From an uncultured Trueperaceae bacterium (lineage in GTDB: Bacteria > Deinococcota > Deinococci > Deinococcales > Trueperaceae): 28,964 bases of DNA. This document shows, piece after piece, positions 8,440 through 16,826 of the stretch. The stretch covers positions 1 through 28,964 of the forward strand of contig CAWCXJ010000014.1 in NCBI GenBank assembly GCA_963799485.1. The letters run 5' to 3'. The notes below the pieces were generated by a model. It did not search any database. It saw only the letters and a list, made by a program, of their open reading frames with translations, and was not told the origin of the DNA. The stretch's first letter is position 1, and every line of letters starts with the position of its first letter. The position numbers and the translations under genes were made by a program.

Positions 8440-9309
8440 CTAGTCCTCAAACCCGAAGATACGCGCCGCATTTTTGTAAAAAATCAAATCTTGTTCGTCA
8501 GCGGACATACCCATCGCGTCGAACGCTTCTTTCCAGCAGTTCACGTCACGTTGCATCCTGGTGAGGTCGGAATCTGAGCCGTAAACGAGCTTTTCCGGAC
8601 GAATCTCGTTCATGATGTAGCCGCCGTCTAGGATGTGCTGCCGCACGACGTCGCCGCCGGAAATGTCGAAAAACAAGCGGGGCCGCCAGCGGGCGATTGC
8701 GCAAGCCGTGCGGTAGTCGGGCCAGCCCAAATGTGCCCCGATCAGATACAGCTCGGGGAAGTGAAAGGCGATGGTGTCCAGGTAGAGAGGTTGCATCCGC
8801 GCCGATGAAAACCCGTAAGGGCGCCTTTCTCGGCGGAGTTTGGCGACGAGTTGGGCCTCTTCTGCTCCCGTCGGCGGCGCTTTCCAGGCGTCTTCCGAAC
8901 TGCCCATAAGGTAATCGACGGGGCCGCCCAAGATGCCGGTATGAAAAAGAATACGGAGACCCCGCTCTTGCGCCCGTTCGTAGTGGGCATAGTAGGCTTC
9001 ATCATCGTAATTTTTGCTCGGACCCAAAGTCTTGATGCCGTGAAAACCTCGCTCGGCAAATTCGTCGACTAAACTCGGCGGGTCTTCGTCAAGCCTCAAC
9101 CAGCTCATGCCGCAGAGCAAATCGGGATAGCGCTCCAGCGCTGCCGAGAGCGCGTCGTGTCCCTCTGCGCCGGGATTGCCCAGCAAGGCAACCTTGAGTG
9201 TACCGATACTTGCAGCGGTTTCGTTGAGCGCGTCTAGAAAACTCTCAGGGCTAGCTTGGCTGGAATGGTCGAACCAGAAATTATGAACGTGGGCGTCGAA
9301 AACACGCAT
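8440..9309 (-). CDS. Metal-dependent amidohydrolase (Amidohydro_2-type TIM barrel)
   Basis: FDAHVH, ILFHTG, IGAHLGWP, LVYGSD and NAARIFG motifs. Start set at ATG 9309 (AAGGA upstream); the ORF-track start at 9345 lies inside a hairpin. Confidence 0.88.
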   Translation of the reverse strand: MRVFDAHVHNFWFDHSSQASPESFLDALNETAASIGTLKVALLGNPGAEGHDALSAALERYPDLLCGMSWLRLDEDPPSLVDEFAERGFHGIKTLGPSKNYDDEAYYAHYERAQERGLRILFHTGILGGPVDYLMGSSEDAWKAPPTGAEEAQLVAKLRRERRPYGFSSARMQPLYLDTIAFHFPELYLIGAHLGWPDYRTACAIARWRPRLFFDISGGDVVRQHILDGGYIMNEIRPEKLVYGSDSDLTRMQRDVNCWKEAFDAMGMSADEQDLIFYKNAARIFGFED

Positions 9310-9324
9310 AAGAGAATCCTTAAT

Positions 9325-9362
9325 ACGGGTTTCTAGGAACTGCATAGCTTCTAGAAACCCGT
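9325..9362. repeat. Intercistronic hairpin (12-bp perfect stem)
   Basis: ACGGGTTTCTAG-N14-CTAGAAACCCGT directly downstream of the solute-binding protein gene; no U-tract. Confidence 0.75.
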
Positions 9363-9380
9363 GAGAACATGACTGGAAGG

Positions 9381-10637
9381 CTACTGGTCGGCAAGCGCGG
9401 CTGCGACGGGCTCAGCCATCGACGCGATCGCTTCTTCTGCTGTTTCTTCACCGTTCCACACGAGGTCTAGGCTGGGAACGACGATGGTACTCTCGATCTC
9501 AGTCCAGCCCGGAAAGACCGGGAAGAGGACGCCGTTGGCGGTTTCGTCGATAAACACCTGACCGCTAACCGTTTCAGGTAGCGCGTCGAGAAAAGCCTGA
9601 TTTGCTGCTGGCGTATTAAGTGCGGGCACAGCAAGGCCAGTTTTGGCAAAGATGGCCTGCCCTTCAGGGCCGGCTAAAAACTGCAGAAAAGTCCAAGCCG
9701 CTTCTTTATTGTCCGATGTCGACGACATCACGTAGCCTGCGCCACCAGCCGTATTCGCACGTATTCCACTTGGCCCGGTCGGAAGCGGAGCGACGTCCCA
9801 GCTAAATGAGGCGTCTTCAAAGGTCGGGATGCGCGCGGCGTTGGTCATGACCATCGCGACGCGGCCTGTACTAAAGAGCTGGGTGGTGTCGCCCAGCTGC
9901 TGCATAGCGTCGAACGAGGGAACCGAGCCGTCGTTGAGGATGAGGTCTGCGACAAACGAAATAGCTTCAACCCCGGCAGGTTCGTCCATCGTAAATTCGG
10001 TTGCGTTGATCGCGTCGTCGAACACGCTGCCGCCGTTTTGGTAGATCCACAGTGGGTACTTGTTTTTCTCGAGCCCCAGCCCATACTGCACCGTGCGTCC
10101 GCGACCATCTTTAGTGGTTAGTGCGGCGGCGACCTCTTTTAGTTTGGCCCAGTCCCAGGTATTGTCGGGGTAGGCTTGCCCAGCGGCGTCGAACAGGTCT
10201 TTATTGTAGTAAAGGACGGTCGTATCGTTGTCACGGGCAAACCCGTAGGTTTTACCGTTGTACGAAAAGATGCGCCGTAGATCAGGGTAGTAATCTTCTA
10301 GAGCAAAGCCGCTCTCTTCGATATAGCTGTCGAGGGGCTCAAGTACGCCGCGCGCCGCGTAACTCGGCACGTTATTGATAAACATCACGTCGGGTGCCGT
10401 GCCACCTGCCATCTGGGTCTGGAGGCGGTCGAAGTAGCTGGCCCAGGGCGAATGCTGCGTTTCAACGTTGATATCCGGATGCGCTTCTTCAAATGCGGCA
10501 ATAATCTCGTCGTTCGGTGGCAATTCTGCCGGGTCACCCCAAAACGACCAGGTGATAGTTGTCTGTGCGAAGGCAGCGGTTGACAAGAGTGCCACAAACA
10601 CCAGCGGTAAAGAACGTGAACGAACGGCTAAACACAT
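9381..10637 (-). CDS. Sugar ABC transporter solute-binding protein (family 1)
   Basis: Signal peptide ending AAFA/Q; GTAPDV, LYYNKDLFDAAG, FSTGRVAM and WDVAPLP motifs; RBS GAGGAGG. Confidence 0.95.
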   Translation of the reverse strand: MCLAVRSRSLPLVFVALLSTAAFAQTTITWSFWGDPAELPPNDEIIAAFEEAHPDINVETQHSPWASYFDRLQTQMAGGTAPDVMFINNVPSYAARGVLEPLDSYIEESGFALEDYYPDLRRIFSYNGKTYGFARDNDTTVLYYNKDLFDAAGQAYPDNTWDWAKLKEVAAALTTKDGRGRTVQYGLGLEKNKYPLWIYQNGGSVFDDAINATEFTMDEPAGVEAISFVADLILNDGSVPSFDAMQQLGDTTQLFSTGRVAMVMTNAARIPTFEDASFSWDVAPLPTGPSGIRANTAGGAGYVMSSTSDNKEAAWTFLQFLAGPEGQAIFAKTGLAVPALNTPAANQAFLDALPETVSGQVFIDETANGVLFPVFPGWTEIESTIVVPSLDLVWNGEETAEEAIASMAEPVAAALADQ

Positions 10638-10656
10638 ATGAACCTCCTCGAAAAGG

Positions 10657-11799
10657 TCAAGAACGCGTTAGAACGTCGACGGGTGCGAGCGTTTGGATGT
10701 TTTCACCTCCTCGATAAAGGCGAGATTCGGCCTCAGCCAGAGCTGTCGCCACAGCGCCGTAAAGCCCCGCATCGTCGCCGAGTTCGGAGAACGTCAGCGG
10801 TGGCGTGATCGGCGAGAGCTGGGCGAACGAACGGGTGAGCTGCGGCGCAAAGGCGCGAAACCGCTGACCAATGCTGCCACCTAGAACGAGCAGTTCCGGG
10901 TCTAGTAGCGTGCCGAGCGCACTTAGAAGCCAGGCCAAATAAGGGATGAGGCCAGTGATGACGCTGAGGCCAGGTTCTTTGCCACACTCTGCTTCGTTAA
11001 AAGCGTCGGCGGCTCGTCCGCTACCCCCCGCCGCTACGTGGCGGTGAGCGATACCCGGCCCGCACAAAACATCTTCGATAGTTTCTGAAGCCTGAGGGGT
11101 CAGGCGCAGATAACCCAACTCACCTGCCCGGCCTGCACTACCGTGATGAAGTTGCCCACCGATAATGAGGCCGAAGCCGAGTCCGGTACCGATGCTTACA
11201 AAAGAAAACGTTGTAACGCCACGTCCTGCCCCCCGCGCCTGCTCACCGAGTACAGCCAAGTTGACATCGTTATGGAGGCTGACCGGCAGACCGAGCTGCG
11301 TTGCCAGCAGGGTACTAAAACGAGGAGACTCGAGCGCCTGCAAGTTAGGTGCATACCGAACTTGGCTGCTCACCGGGTCGACGACCCCTGGTGTGCCGAC
11401 AGCGACGCCTAAAACCCGATTTATAGGTACCCGAGCTTGCTCACAAAGTCTGGCGGGCAAACTTCCTAATTGCGCTGTCAGAGCTTCTGTCCCCAAGGCT
11501 ACCGTAGGTTCACGGAGGGTTGCGATAAGGTCACCACGAAGGGTCGCCAAACTCGCCCTCGTCGTGGTTCCGCCCACGTCCATACCGATGACAAAGCCTG
11601 CACGGTCGTTAAAAGCCAACAGTACCGCCGGTCTACCACCTTCGCTCTGAGCTAATCCTGTTTCTGTAACCAAATCCGAAGCCAAGAGGTCGGCGACAAC
11701 GCTCGAGACCGTCGGTTTGCTAAGACCCGTCCGGCGTGCCAGCTCAGCTCTCGAAACCTGACCGTAAATGCAGATAAGCCGTGCAATACGCTGGTGCAT
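10657..11799 (-). CDS. ROK-family transcriptional repressor
   Basis: N-terminal HTH SRAELARRTGLSKPTVS; GMDVGGT, GTPGVVD, HNDVNLA, SIGTGLG and GRAGELG motifs. Confidence 0.93.
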   Translation of the reverse strand: MHQRIARLICIYGQVSRAELARRTGLSKPTVSSVVADLLASDLVTETGLAQSEGGRPAVLLAFNDRAGFVIGMDVGGTTTRASLATLRGDLIATLREPTVALGTEALTAQLGSLPARLCEQARVPINRVLGVAVGTPGVVDPVSSQVRYAPNLQALESPRFSTLLATQLGLPVSLHNDVNLAVLGEQARGAGRGVTTFSFVSIGTGLGFGLIIGGQLHHGSAGRAGELGYLRLTPQASETIEDVLCGPGIAHRHVAAGGSGRAADAFNEAECGKEPGLSVITGLIPYLAWLLSALGTLLDPELLVLGGSIGQRFRAFAPQLTRSFAQLSPITPPLTFSELGDDAGLYGAVATALAEAESRLYRGGENIQTLAPVDVLTRS

Positions 11800-11829
11800 T
11801 TCTCCTTACTGAAGCGATTGTGCAAGGGC

Positions 11830-11850
11830 TTTGTTAAAAGGTTTAACGAA
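11830..11850. promoter_or_regulatory. Candidate ROK operator palindrome
   Basis: TTTGTTAAAAGGTTTAACGAA (16/21 positions self-complementary) just downstream of the predicted TSS. Confidence 0.6.
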
Positions 11851-11861
11851 CCATTGTTCAG

Positions 11862-11890
11862 AGACTAGCAGAATGTGACGCGAAGTGCAA
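11862..11890 (-). promoter_or_regulatory. Sigma70-type promoter of the sugar operon
   Basis: -35 TTGCAC (11890-11885), 17-nt spacer, -10 TAGTCT (11867-11862). Confidence 0.65.
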
Positions 11891-12032
11891 GGTGTAAAAC
11901 AAAGGCCCAAAGCGTCCCAAGTCACATTCAAGCGTTTGCATAGGGCCAAAAAGGAAGAAGTCCCTGCCTCACGTCTCTATCGTCTTCGCCAACAAGACCT
12001 TTAGCTCCTGCCCCTAGCAACCGGACGCCGGT

Positions 12033-12221
12033 CTCGAGCTTGAGCAGCACGTTGTGATTGACGTCTTGCAGGGCCGGGACGCCGACACGCTTACGGCTTG
12101 GCTGATCGCACATCCGGGGGTAGAAGTCATCAGTCGAGATTCTGCCGGCGACTATATGCAGGGCACACGCCTAGGTGCGCCTGAAGCCATACGAATCGCC
12201 GACCGCTGGCACCTGCTAAAC
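12033..12221 (+). pseudogene. ISL3-family transposase internal fragment
   Basis: LEQHVVIDVLQGRDADTLTAWLIAHPGVEVISRD...GAPEAIRIADRWHLL. Confidence 0.85.
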
Positions 12222-12263
12222 ACCAACCAGCACCATGGTCGACAGAGGTGGACCCCATCCTTG

Positions 12264-12490
12264 GGCTCAGCGCCACTTTTGATGAAGTTGGTCGTCAGGT
12301 TGTAGGTCGATAGAGAACGCGAGCTCGCAGTAGATCAAAGTTGGCGCGACCATACATCTGGCGCTTGATGGTTTTAAGGCGGTTGACCTGCCCTTCGAGC
12401 TGGCCGTTGCTCCAGGGATACTTCATCGCGTTGTGAACAGCATCTCGGTCTTTAAGGATATGCGCCGCGAAGTTGCGTATCTCTAGAGGG
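12264..12490 (-). mobile_element. ISL3-family 3' remnant with right IR
   Basis: PWSNGQLEGQVNRLKTIKRQMYGRANFDLLRARVL, stop at 12295; IR-like GGCTCAGCGCCACTTTTGATGAAG at 12264-12287. Confidence 0.85.
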
Positions 12491-12626
12491 TGTTTTGGAA
12501 TTATTTCAACCTCCACGATTTGCTGTTTGTGTGAGCTAAACGTTTGGTGATGAGGTCACAGCTGGCGAGGTATTACTACAGCCGCAGATAGCATCCTCTT
12601 CGTTTGAAGTGAGCGACTTTAGCTCT

Positions 12627-12775
12627 TGGTCTTAGTCTGTAACTTTGGACAATCGAAGTATAGCCTAAGCCGCCAGGGCAGCTAAAGCCCCCGGCGGTTG
12701 CTGCAAGCGCTCGTAGGCTGCTGGGGTCTCGTAACGAAGCGCGCTGTGCAGCCGCTCGCGGTTGTAGTAAATCTC
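12627..12775 (-). mobile_element. 3' remnant of a second, different IS3-family element
   Basis: 12775-12665 encodes EIYYNRERLHSALRYETPAAYE...stop (rve_3 tail); TG-terminal IR TGGTCTTAGTCTGTAACTTTGGACA starts at 12627; truncated by IS3 copy 2. Confidence 0.82.
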
Positions 12776-12828
12776 TGACGTGACCCCCGAAACCTGAGCC
12801 AAGCGGAATGTGAGTCAGGCTGAGAGGA

Positions 12829-13110
12829 ATGGCCATGCGAAAGACTCATACCCCCGAGCAGATCATCGACATTCTCCGCAACGTCGAGAAGGCAACTAAC
12901 CAGGGAAAGACGGCGGCGGAGGCGTGTCGCACCCTCGGTATCAGTGAGTGGAGCTTTTACCGCTGGCGGCAAAAGTACGGTGGCATGGGGAAAAGCGATG
13001 CTAAGCAGTTAAGAGAGTTGGAGAAGGAAAACGCCCGGCTGAAGAAACTGCTGGCGGAGAAGGACCTTGATAACGATATTCTTAAGGAGGCACTAAAAAC
13101 AAAGTTCTAA
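12829..13110 (+). CDS. IS3 transposase OrfA
   Basis: Identical protein to 4989-5270. Confidence 0.92.
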   Translation: MAMRKTHTPEQIIDILRNVEKATNQGKTAAEACRTLGISEWSFYRWRQKYGGMGKSDAKQLRELEKENARLKKLLAEKDLDNDILKEALKTKF

Positions 13111-13160
13111 CGCCCAGAACGCGCCGTGACGCTGTAACTCATGTCCGGCGCGAACTGGGC

Positions 13161-14015
13161 GTGAGCGAACGGCGGATCTGCCGAGTACTTGGGCAAGTTA
13201 GGAGTACGCAGCGATATCAGCCCCTACGGATAGAGAAGGACAAAGTGCTGGTTAAACGCTTGCACGAACTAGCTTTGGAACATCCCCGTTACGGCTATCG
13301 GCGGATCACCGCCAAGCTTAACGAAGAACACTGGCACGTGAACCGTAAGAGAGTTCAGCGGCTATGGCGGGCTGAAGGACTAAAGGTGCCAAGCCGGACG
13401 CATAAACGAACCCGTTTGGGTAATGGCGAGAACGCCTGCCACCGGCGTAAACCAGAATACGCCCATCATGTTTGGGCGCTTGACTTCATCATGGACACGA
13501 CTTTAAGTGGCGGACGGCTCAAGTTCTTAACGGTCATTGACGAGTTCTCTCGCTCCTGTTTAAGTATTAAGGTCGAGCGCAATATGACCAGCCATAACGT
13601 TGTAACCGAACGCGAGCGTCTTATCACCCTGCACGGAGCGCCCAGCTTCATCCGCTGTGATAACGGCCCCGAGTTCATCGCCCAAACACTGCAAAAGTTC
13701 GTCACCGACGCTACCATCAAAACGCTTTACATCGACCCCGGCTCACCCTGGCAAATTCAGCGCAGCGCCGAGGCTTTGCCGTACGGTTACTGTGAAAGCT
13801 TCAACAGCCGTTTCCGGGATGAACTCTTGAACCTGGAAGTATTTACCTCTACCCCCGAAGCCCGTGTACTAAGCGAAAAGTGGCGGCAAGACTATAACGA
13901 ACACCGACCTCACGGAGCACTTGGCTACCGGACACCCCATGCTGTCTTGGCAGAAGCCCTCGAAACAGGTAAGCTACACCTGCCTAGACTCACATCCGAA
14001 ATGGCCCAAGCTTAG
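13161..14015 (+). CDS. IS3 transposase OrfB
   Basis: Identical protein to 4084-4938. Confidence 0.92.
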   Translation: MSERRICRVLGQVRSTQRYQPLRIEKDKVLVKRLHELALEHPRYGYRRITAKLNEEHWHVNRKRVQRLWRAEGLKVPSRTHKRTRLGNGENACHRRKPEYAHHVWALDFIMDTTLSGGRLKFLTVIDEFSRSCLSIKVERNMTSHNVVTERERLITLHGAPSFIRCDNGPEFIAQTLQKFVTDATIKTLYIDPGSPWQIQRSAEALPYGYCESFNSRFRDELLNLEVFTSTPEARVLSEKWRQDYNEHRPHGALGYRTPHAVLAEALETGKLHLPRLTSEMAQA

Positions 14016-14026
14016 GGATCCCCTCA

Positions 14027-14218
14027 CGGACACCTGTTTCATCGCCTTGCGGTATTCTTCATTGACACTGCGAAAACCCGGAGCAGTCGTTGAAAAACTG
14101 CTCTGGTATAAAAGCGCCCGCACGCCGCTCTCGCCAATGCCGAGCACGGTGAGGGTATGAAACCCGGCAACCGGCTCGCCGTCTAAGTTACGCACTGTGT
14201 CCAGATGTTCCATGCTAC
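14027..14218 (-). pseudogene. Probable DDE (IS4/ISH3-like) transposase fragment
   Basis: MEHLDTVRNLDGEPVAGFHTLTV...LLYQSSFSTTAPGFRSVNEE recalls an N-terminal DDE segment; open frame cut by IS5 and IS3. Family assignment is tentative. Confidence 0.5.
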
Positions 14219-14220
14219 TA

Positions 14221-15039
14221 GGCTCTGTTGACAATCTCATGTGCTGAGTTGCTAGAAAAAGGCATGACGCAGGTAAAACTCAAGGCTAGAGAGTGGCATA
14301 AAATCAGAGCATTTTTAGATGAGCGCCCAGAGGTGTACATAGGCCAGGAGAAGCGGTGCCGAAGGTTTATCGAAGGGGTGTTGTGGATAGTGCGTTCGGG
14401 GTCTCAGTGGCGACTTTTGCCTAAGCGGTACGGTCACTGGAACAGCGTCTACAAGCGCTTTGACAGATGGAGCGAACGAGGGATATGGCAGGAGATGTTT
14501 GAGCACTTTGCTGACGATCCTGATATAGAAAATGTGATGCTGGACAGTAGCGTGATTCGGGCTCATGCGTGTTCGGCGGGTGCGACACGTAAAAAGGGGG
14601 GCAAAAGGCGCAAGCACTCGGCTATAGCCGGGGCGGGTTTGGTACCAAAGTCCACGTCACCGTCGATGCGCTAGGCAATCCGCTACGGCTGCTTTTAACT
14701 GCGGGTCAAGTCCATGAAGCACCTTATGCTAAAGCGTTACTTGAAGGTTATGAAGCCGAGTTTGTGCTGGGCGACAAAGCCTATGACGCCCAGCATAGCC
14801 GCGACACCATCACCGCGCTGAGTGCAGAAGCGGTTATCCCACCCAAGCAAAACCGCAAAGAGCAACCTGAGTACGACCAAGAGCTGTACAAAGAGCGGCA
14901 CCTCACCGAGTGCTTTATCGGCAAGCTCAAATACTATAGGCGTTGCTTCTCTCGCTTCGATAAGCTTGCTCGCAACTACCTTGGCTTCTTACACTTCGCT
15001 TCGGCTCTCATCTGGCTGCGGTGAAATGTCAACAGAACC
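14221..15039 (+). mobile_element. IS5-family (IS427-group) element, 819 bp
   Basis: IRs GGCTCTGTTGACA and TGTCAACAGAACC; flanked by cTA and TAg (TA duplication in a CTAG context). Confidence 0.95.
14264..15024 (+). CDS. IS5 transposase, two frames joined by -1 frameshift at AAAAAGGGGGG (14591-14601)
   Basis: Frame 1 GVLWIVRSGSQWRLLP..YGHWNSVYKRF..LDSSVIRAH; frame 2 LGYSRGGFGTKVHVTVDALGNP..GDKAYD..YKERHLTECFIGKLK. Confidence 0.9.
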
Positions 15040-15437
15040 TAGGCGAAAACGGTAAAAACAAAAAGGCGGCGCTCATTGCCTGTATGGGCATGCTCCTCAG
15101 AATTGTTCATGCTGTGCTGGTTCATTACCGTCCATTCGATCCTGCTTGCAATCCTTGACTTTTAACACAGCATCTCTAGTGAAGACCTACGGGGAGCGTT
15201 GTCGCTGAAGCATTGTCTCTACGCGCAGTCGGTTTTCGGGAGCCTTGACTTTTGCGAGCATCGTAGTTTGAGGTAGTAAGTGCTGTTTGATATTCGCTTT
15301 TTGAGGTAAAACTCGCTAAGCTCTCATACAGCTAACGACAGAAACCGCCTTGCAAGTGATTTTTAGCATGCGTGACCACCGTATAAGAGTTTTGCGTGTA
15401 AGAGTTTTGTAAGTGTAGCCAGACTATCTTGGGGGTT

Positions 15438-16586
15438 ATGACTACCATGCTAAGCAAACCGTCATCAAGTATTGCTACGCTCGCCGGGTTCGCCGAACCG
15501 CGCGCTCAGCTTGTTGTCGAGCTGACCCGGCTCGCTCTCTCTGCGCCCGACATCCCCAACGCAGTTATGCCTGTACTCGCGGCTCTTGTCGAGCGCACCG
15601 CCGCTGTAGGCTCAGCGTATTTCCAAGCTGGCGACGGGATGTTCAGAGCACGCTCGGCAACGGGCGAGATGCCCGAAGGCCCGGTGATGGACGCAATTCT
15701 AGCACACGGTTTGCCGAACGACACGCCGCTGATGCGGGCGCTCGAGACGAGCAGCACCCCGCTTTTTTTCGATGATACCCACGCTGCACCCGAAGCCACC
15801 GGATTTCCCGAGCTGGGCGTTGCCAGCCTCGCCGCCGCACCCGTACAAAGCCGCGACGGAACGCTTTTGGGCGCTTTTTTGATGCACACGTTTGAGACGC
15901 ACATCTGGAGTCAAAGAGAATGCGACCTTTTTGGCGTAGTAGCGACCACCCTCGCCGCCCTCGCCGCCCGCTTGGTTGCCGAAGAACAAGCCGTGGCAGA
16001 AAAAGAACGCGCGTTGCAAGCCAAGGAAGGTGCGATTAAAGCCCTGGGTGTCGCCGTCGAGAGCCGCGACTCGGAGGTCAAAGGCCATACCGACCGTGTA
16101 ACCGAGCTTGCTCTCGGCGTCGGGAAAGCGCTTGCCCTAGAGACCGAACAGCTCGAGGCGCTGCGTTGGGGCGCGTATCTGCACGACCTCGGCAAAGTTG
16201 CAACGCCCGACGCGATTTTACACAAACCGGGCAAACTCTCGTCCGACGAATGGCAAGTGATGCGCCGCCACGTCGAGGCAGGGTACAATGTTGCTTTGCA
16301 ACTCCCGTTTCTGCCGAAAGAAACGCTCGAGACCATTCTCTATCATCATGAACGCTGGGACGGAACAGGTTACCCGCACGGCCTGGCAGCCACGGAGATT
16401 CCGCTCACCGCTCGTATTTTTAGCGTGTGCGATGTTTACGACGCCCTTACCTCGGTGCGCCCCTACAAAAACGCCTGGAGCCGTAAAGACGCGCTCGCTG
16501 AAATTCAAGCGCAAGCCGGACGGCAGTTCGACCCGGTAGTGGTAGCGGCTTTCGTATCGTTTCAAACCCAAGTCGCAAAAATGTAG
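15438..16586 (+). CDS. GAF + HD-GYP domain protein (putative cyclic-dinucleotide phosphodiesterase)
   Basis: GHTDRV, LHDLGK, HHERWDGTGYP, DVYDALTSVRPYK; N-terminal GAF (SLAAAPV..GTLLGAF). ATG 15438 chosen because -10 TATCTT lies 7 nt upstream. Confidence 0.92.
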   Translation: MTTMLSKPSSSIATLAGFAEPRAQLVVELTRLALSAPDIPNAVMPVLAALVERTAAVGSAYFQAGDGMFRARSATGEMPEGPVMDAILAHGLPNDTPLMRALETSSTPLFFDDTHAAPEATGFPELGVASLAAAPVQSRDGTLLGAFLMHTFETHIWSQRECDLFGVVATTLAALAARLVAEEQAVAEKERALQAKEGAIKALGVAVESRDSEVKGHTDRVTELALGVGKALALETEQLEALRWGAYLHDLGKVATPDAILHKPGKLSSDEWQVMRRHVEAGYNVALQLPFLPKETLETILYHHERWDGTGYPHGLAATEIPLTARIFSVCDVYDALTSVRPYKNAWSRKDALAEIQAQAGRQFDPVVVAAFVSFQTQVAKM

Positions 16587-16826
16587 GCCGCAACGCGAAC
16601 CGTTCTTGGTAGCGTGTTTTGGCAATCCCAATCTGTGCTGCGACAAAAATTCTAGCGTGCGCTCAGGTCGAGCCTGCGCTCGAGCCGCCTGCTGTAAAGC
16701 GACAAGGGGTAACACAGCACGAAGTAAATTTTTTGGTGACGGGGTGCAAGCACACTTGGCGACTTCTCGAGTCCTCAAAATCGCACCTTTCGCCTTTACC
16801 GGGCTTTTCTAGGGTAATTTAGACCG

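Larger units (their letters stand above)
12776..14026 (+). mobile_element. IS3-family (IS407-group-like) element, copy 2, 1251 bp
   Basis: Reverse complement of 4073-5323; ORF translations are identical. Confidence 0.95.

Noticed and set aside
12490..12626. Spacer between the ISL3 and IS3 remnants
   Set aside because: No ORF, repeat or structure could be supported.
14591..14601. IS5 and IS3 split ORFs as pseudogenes
   Set aside because: The same split occurs in both copies of each element and matches the programmed -1 frameshift organisation known for these families.
15039..15125. Minus-strand mini-ORF MNQHSMNNSEEHAHTGNERRLFVFTVFA ending at the IS5 end
   Set aside because: Only 28 codons; the resemblance to a cation-efflux N-terminus is too weak and there is no continuation across the IS.
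15040..15437. c-di-GMP riboswitch upstream of the HD-GYP gene
   Set aside because: No class I or class II consensus elements were seen on either strand.
16587..16826. Short ORFs or a purine-related riboswitch upstream of purB
   Set aside because: No coding signal or aptamer consensus; purB appears leaderless, leaving no leader for a riboswitch.
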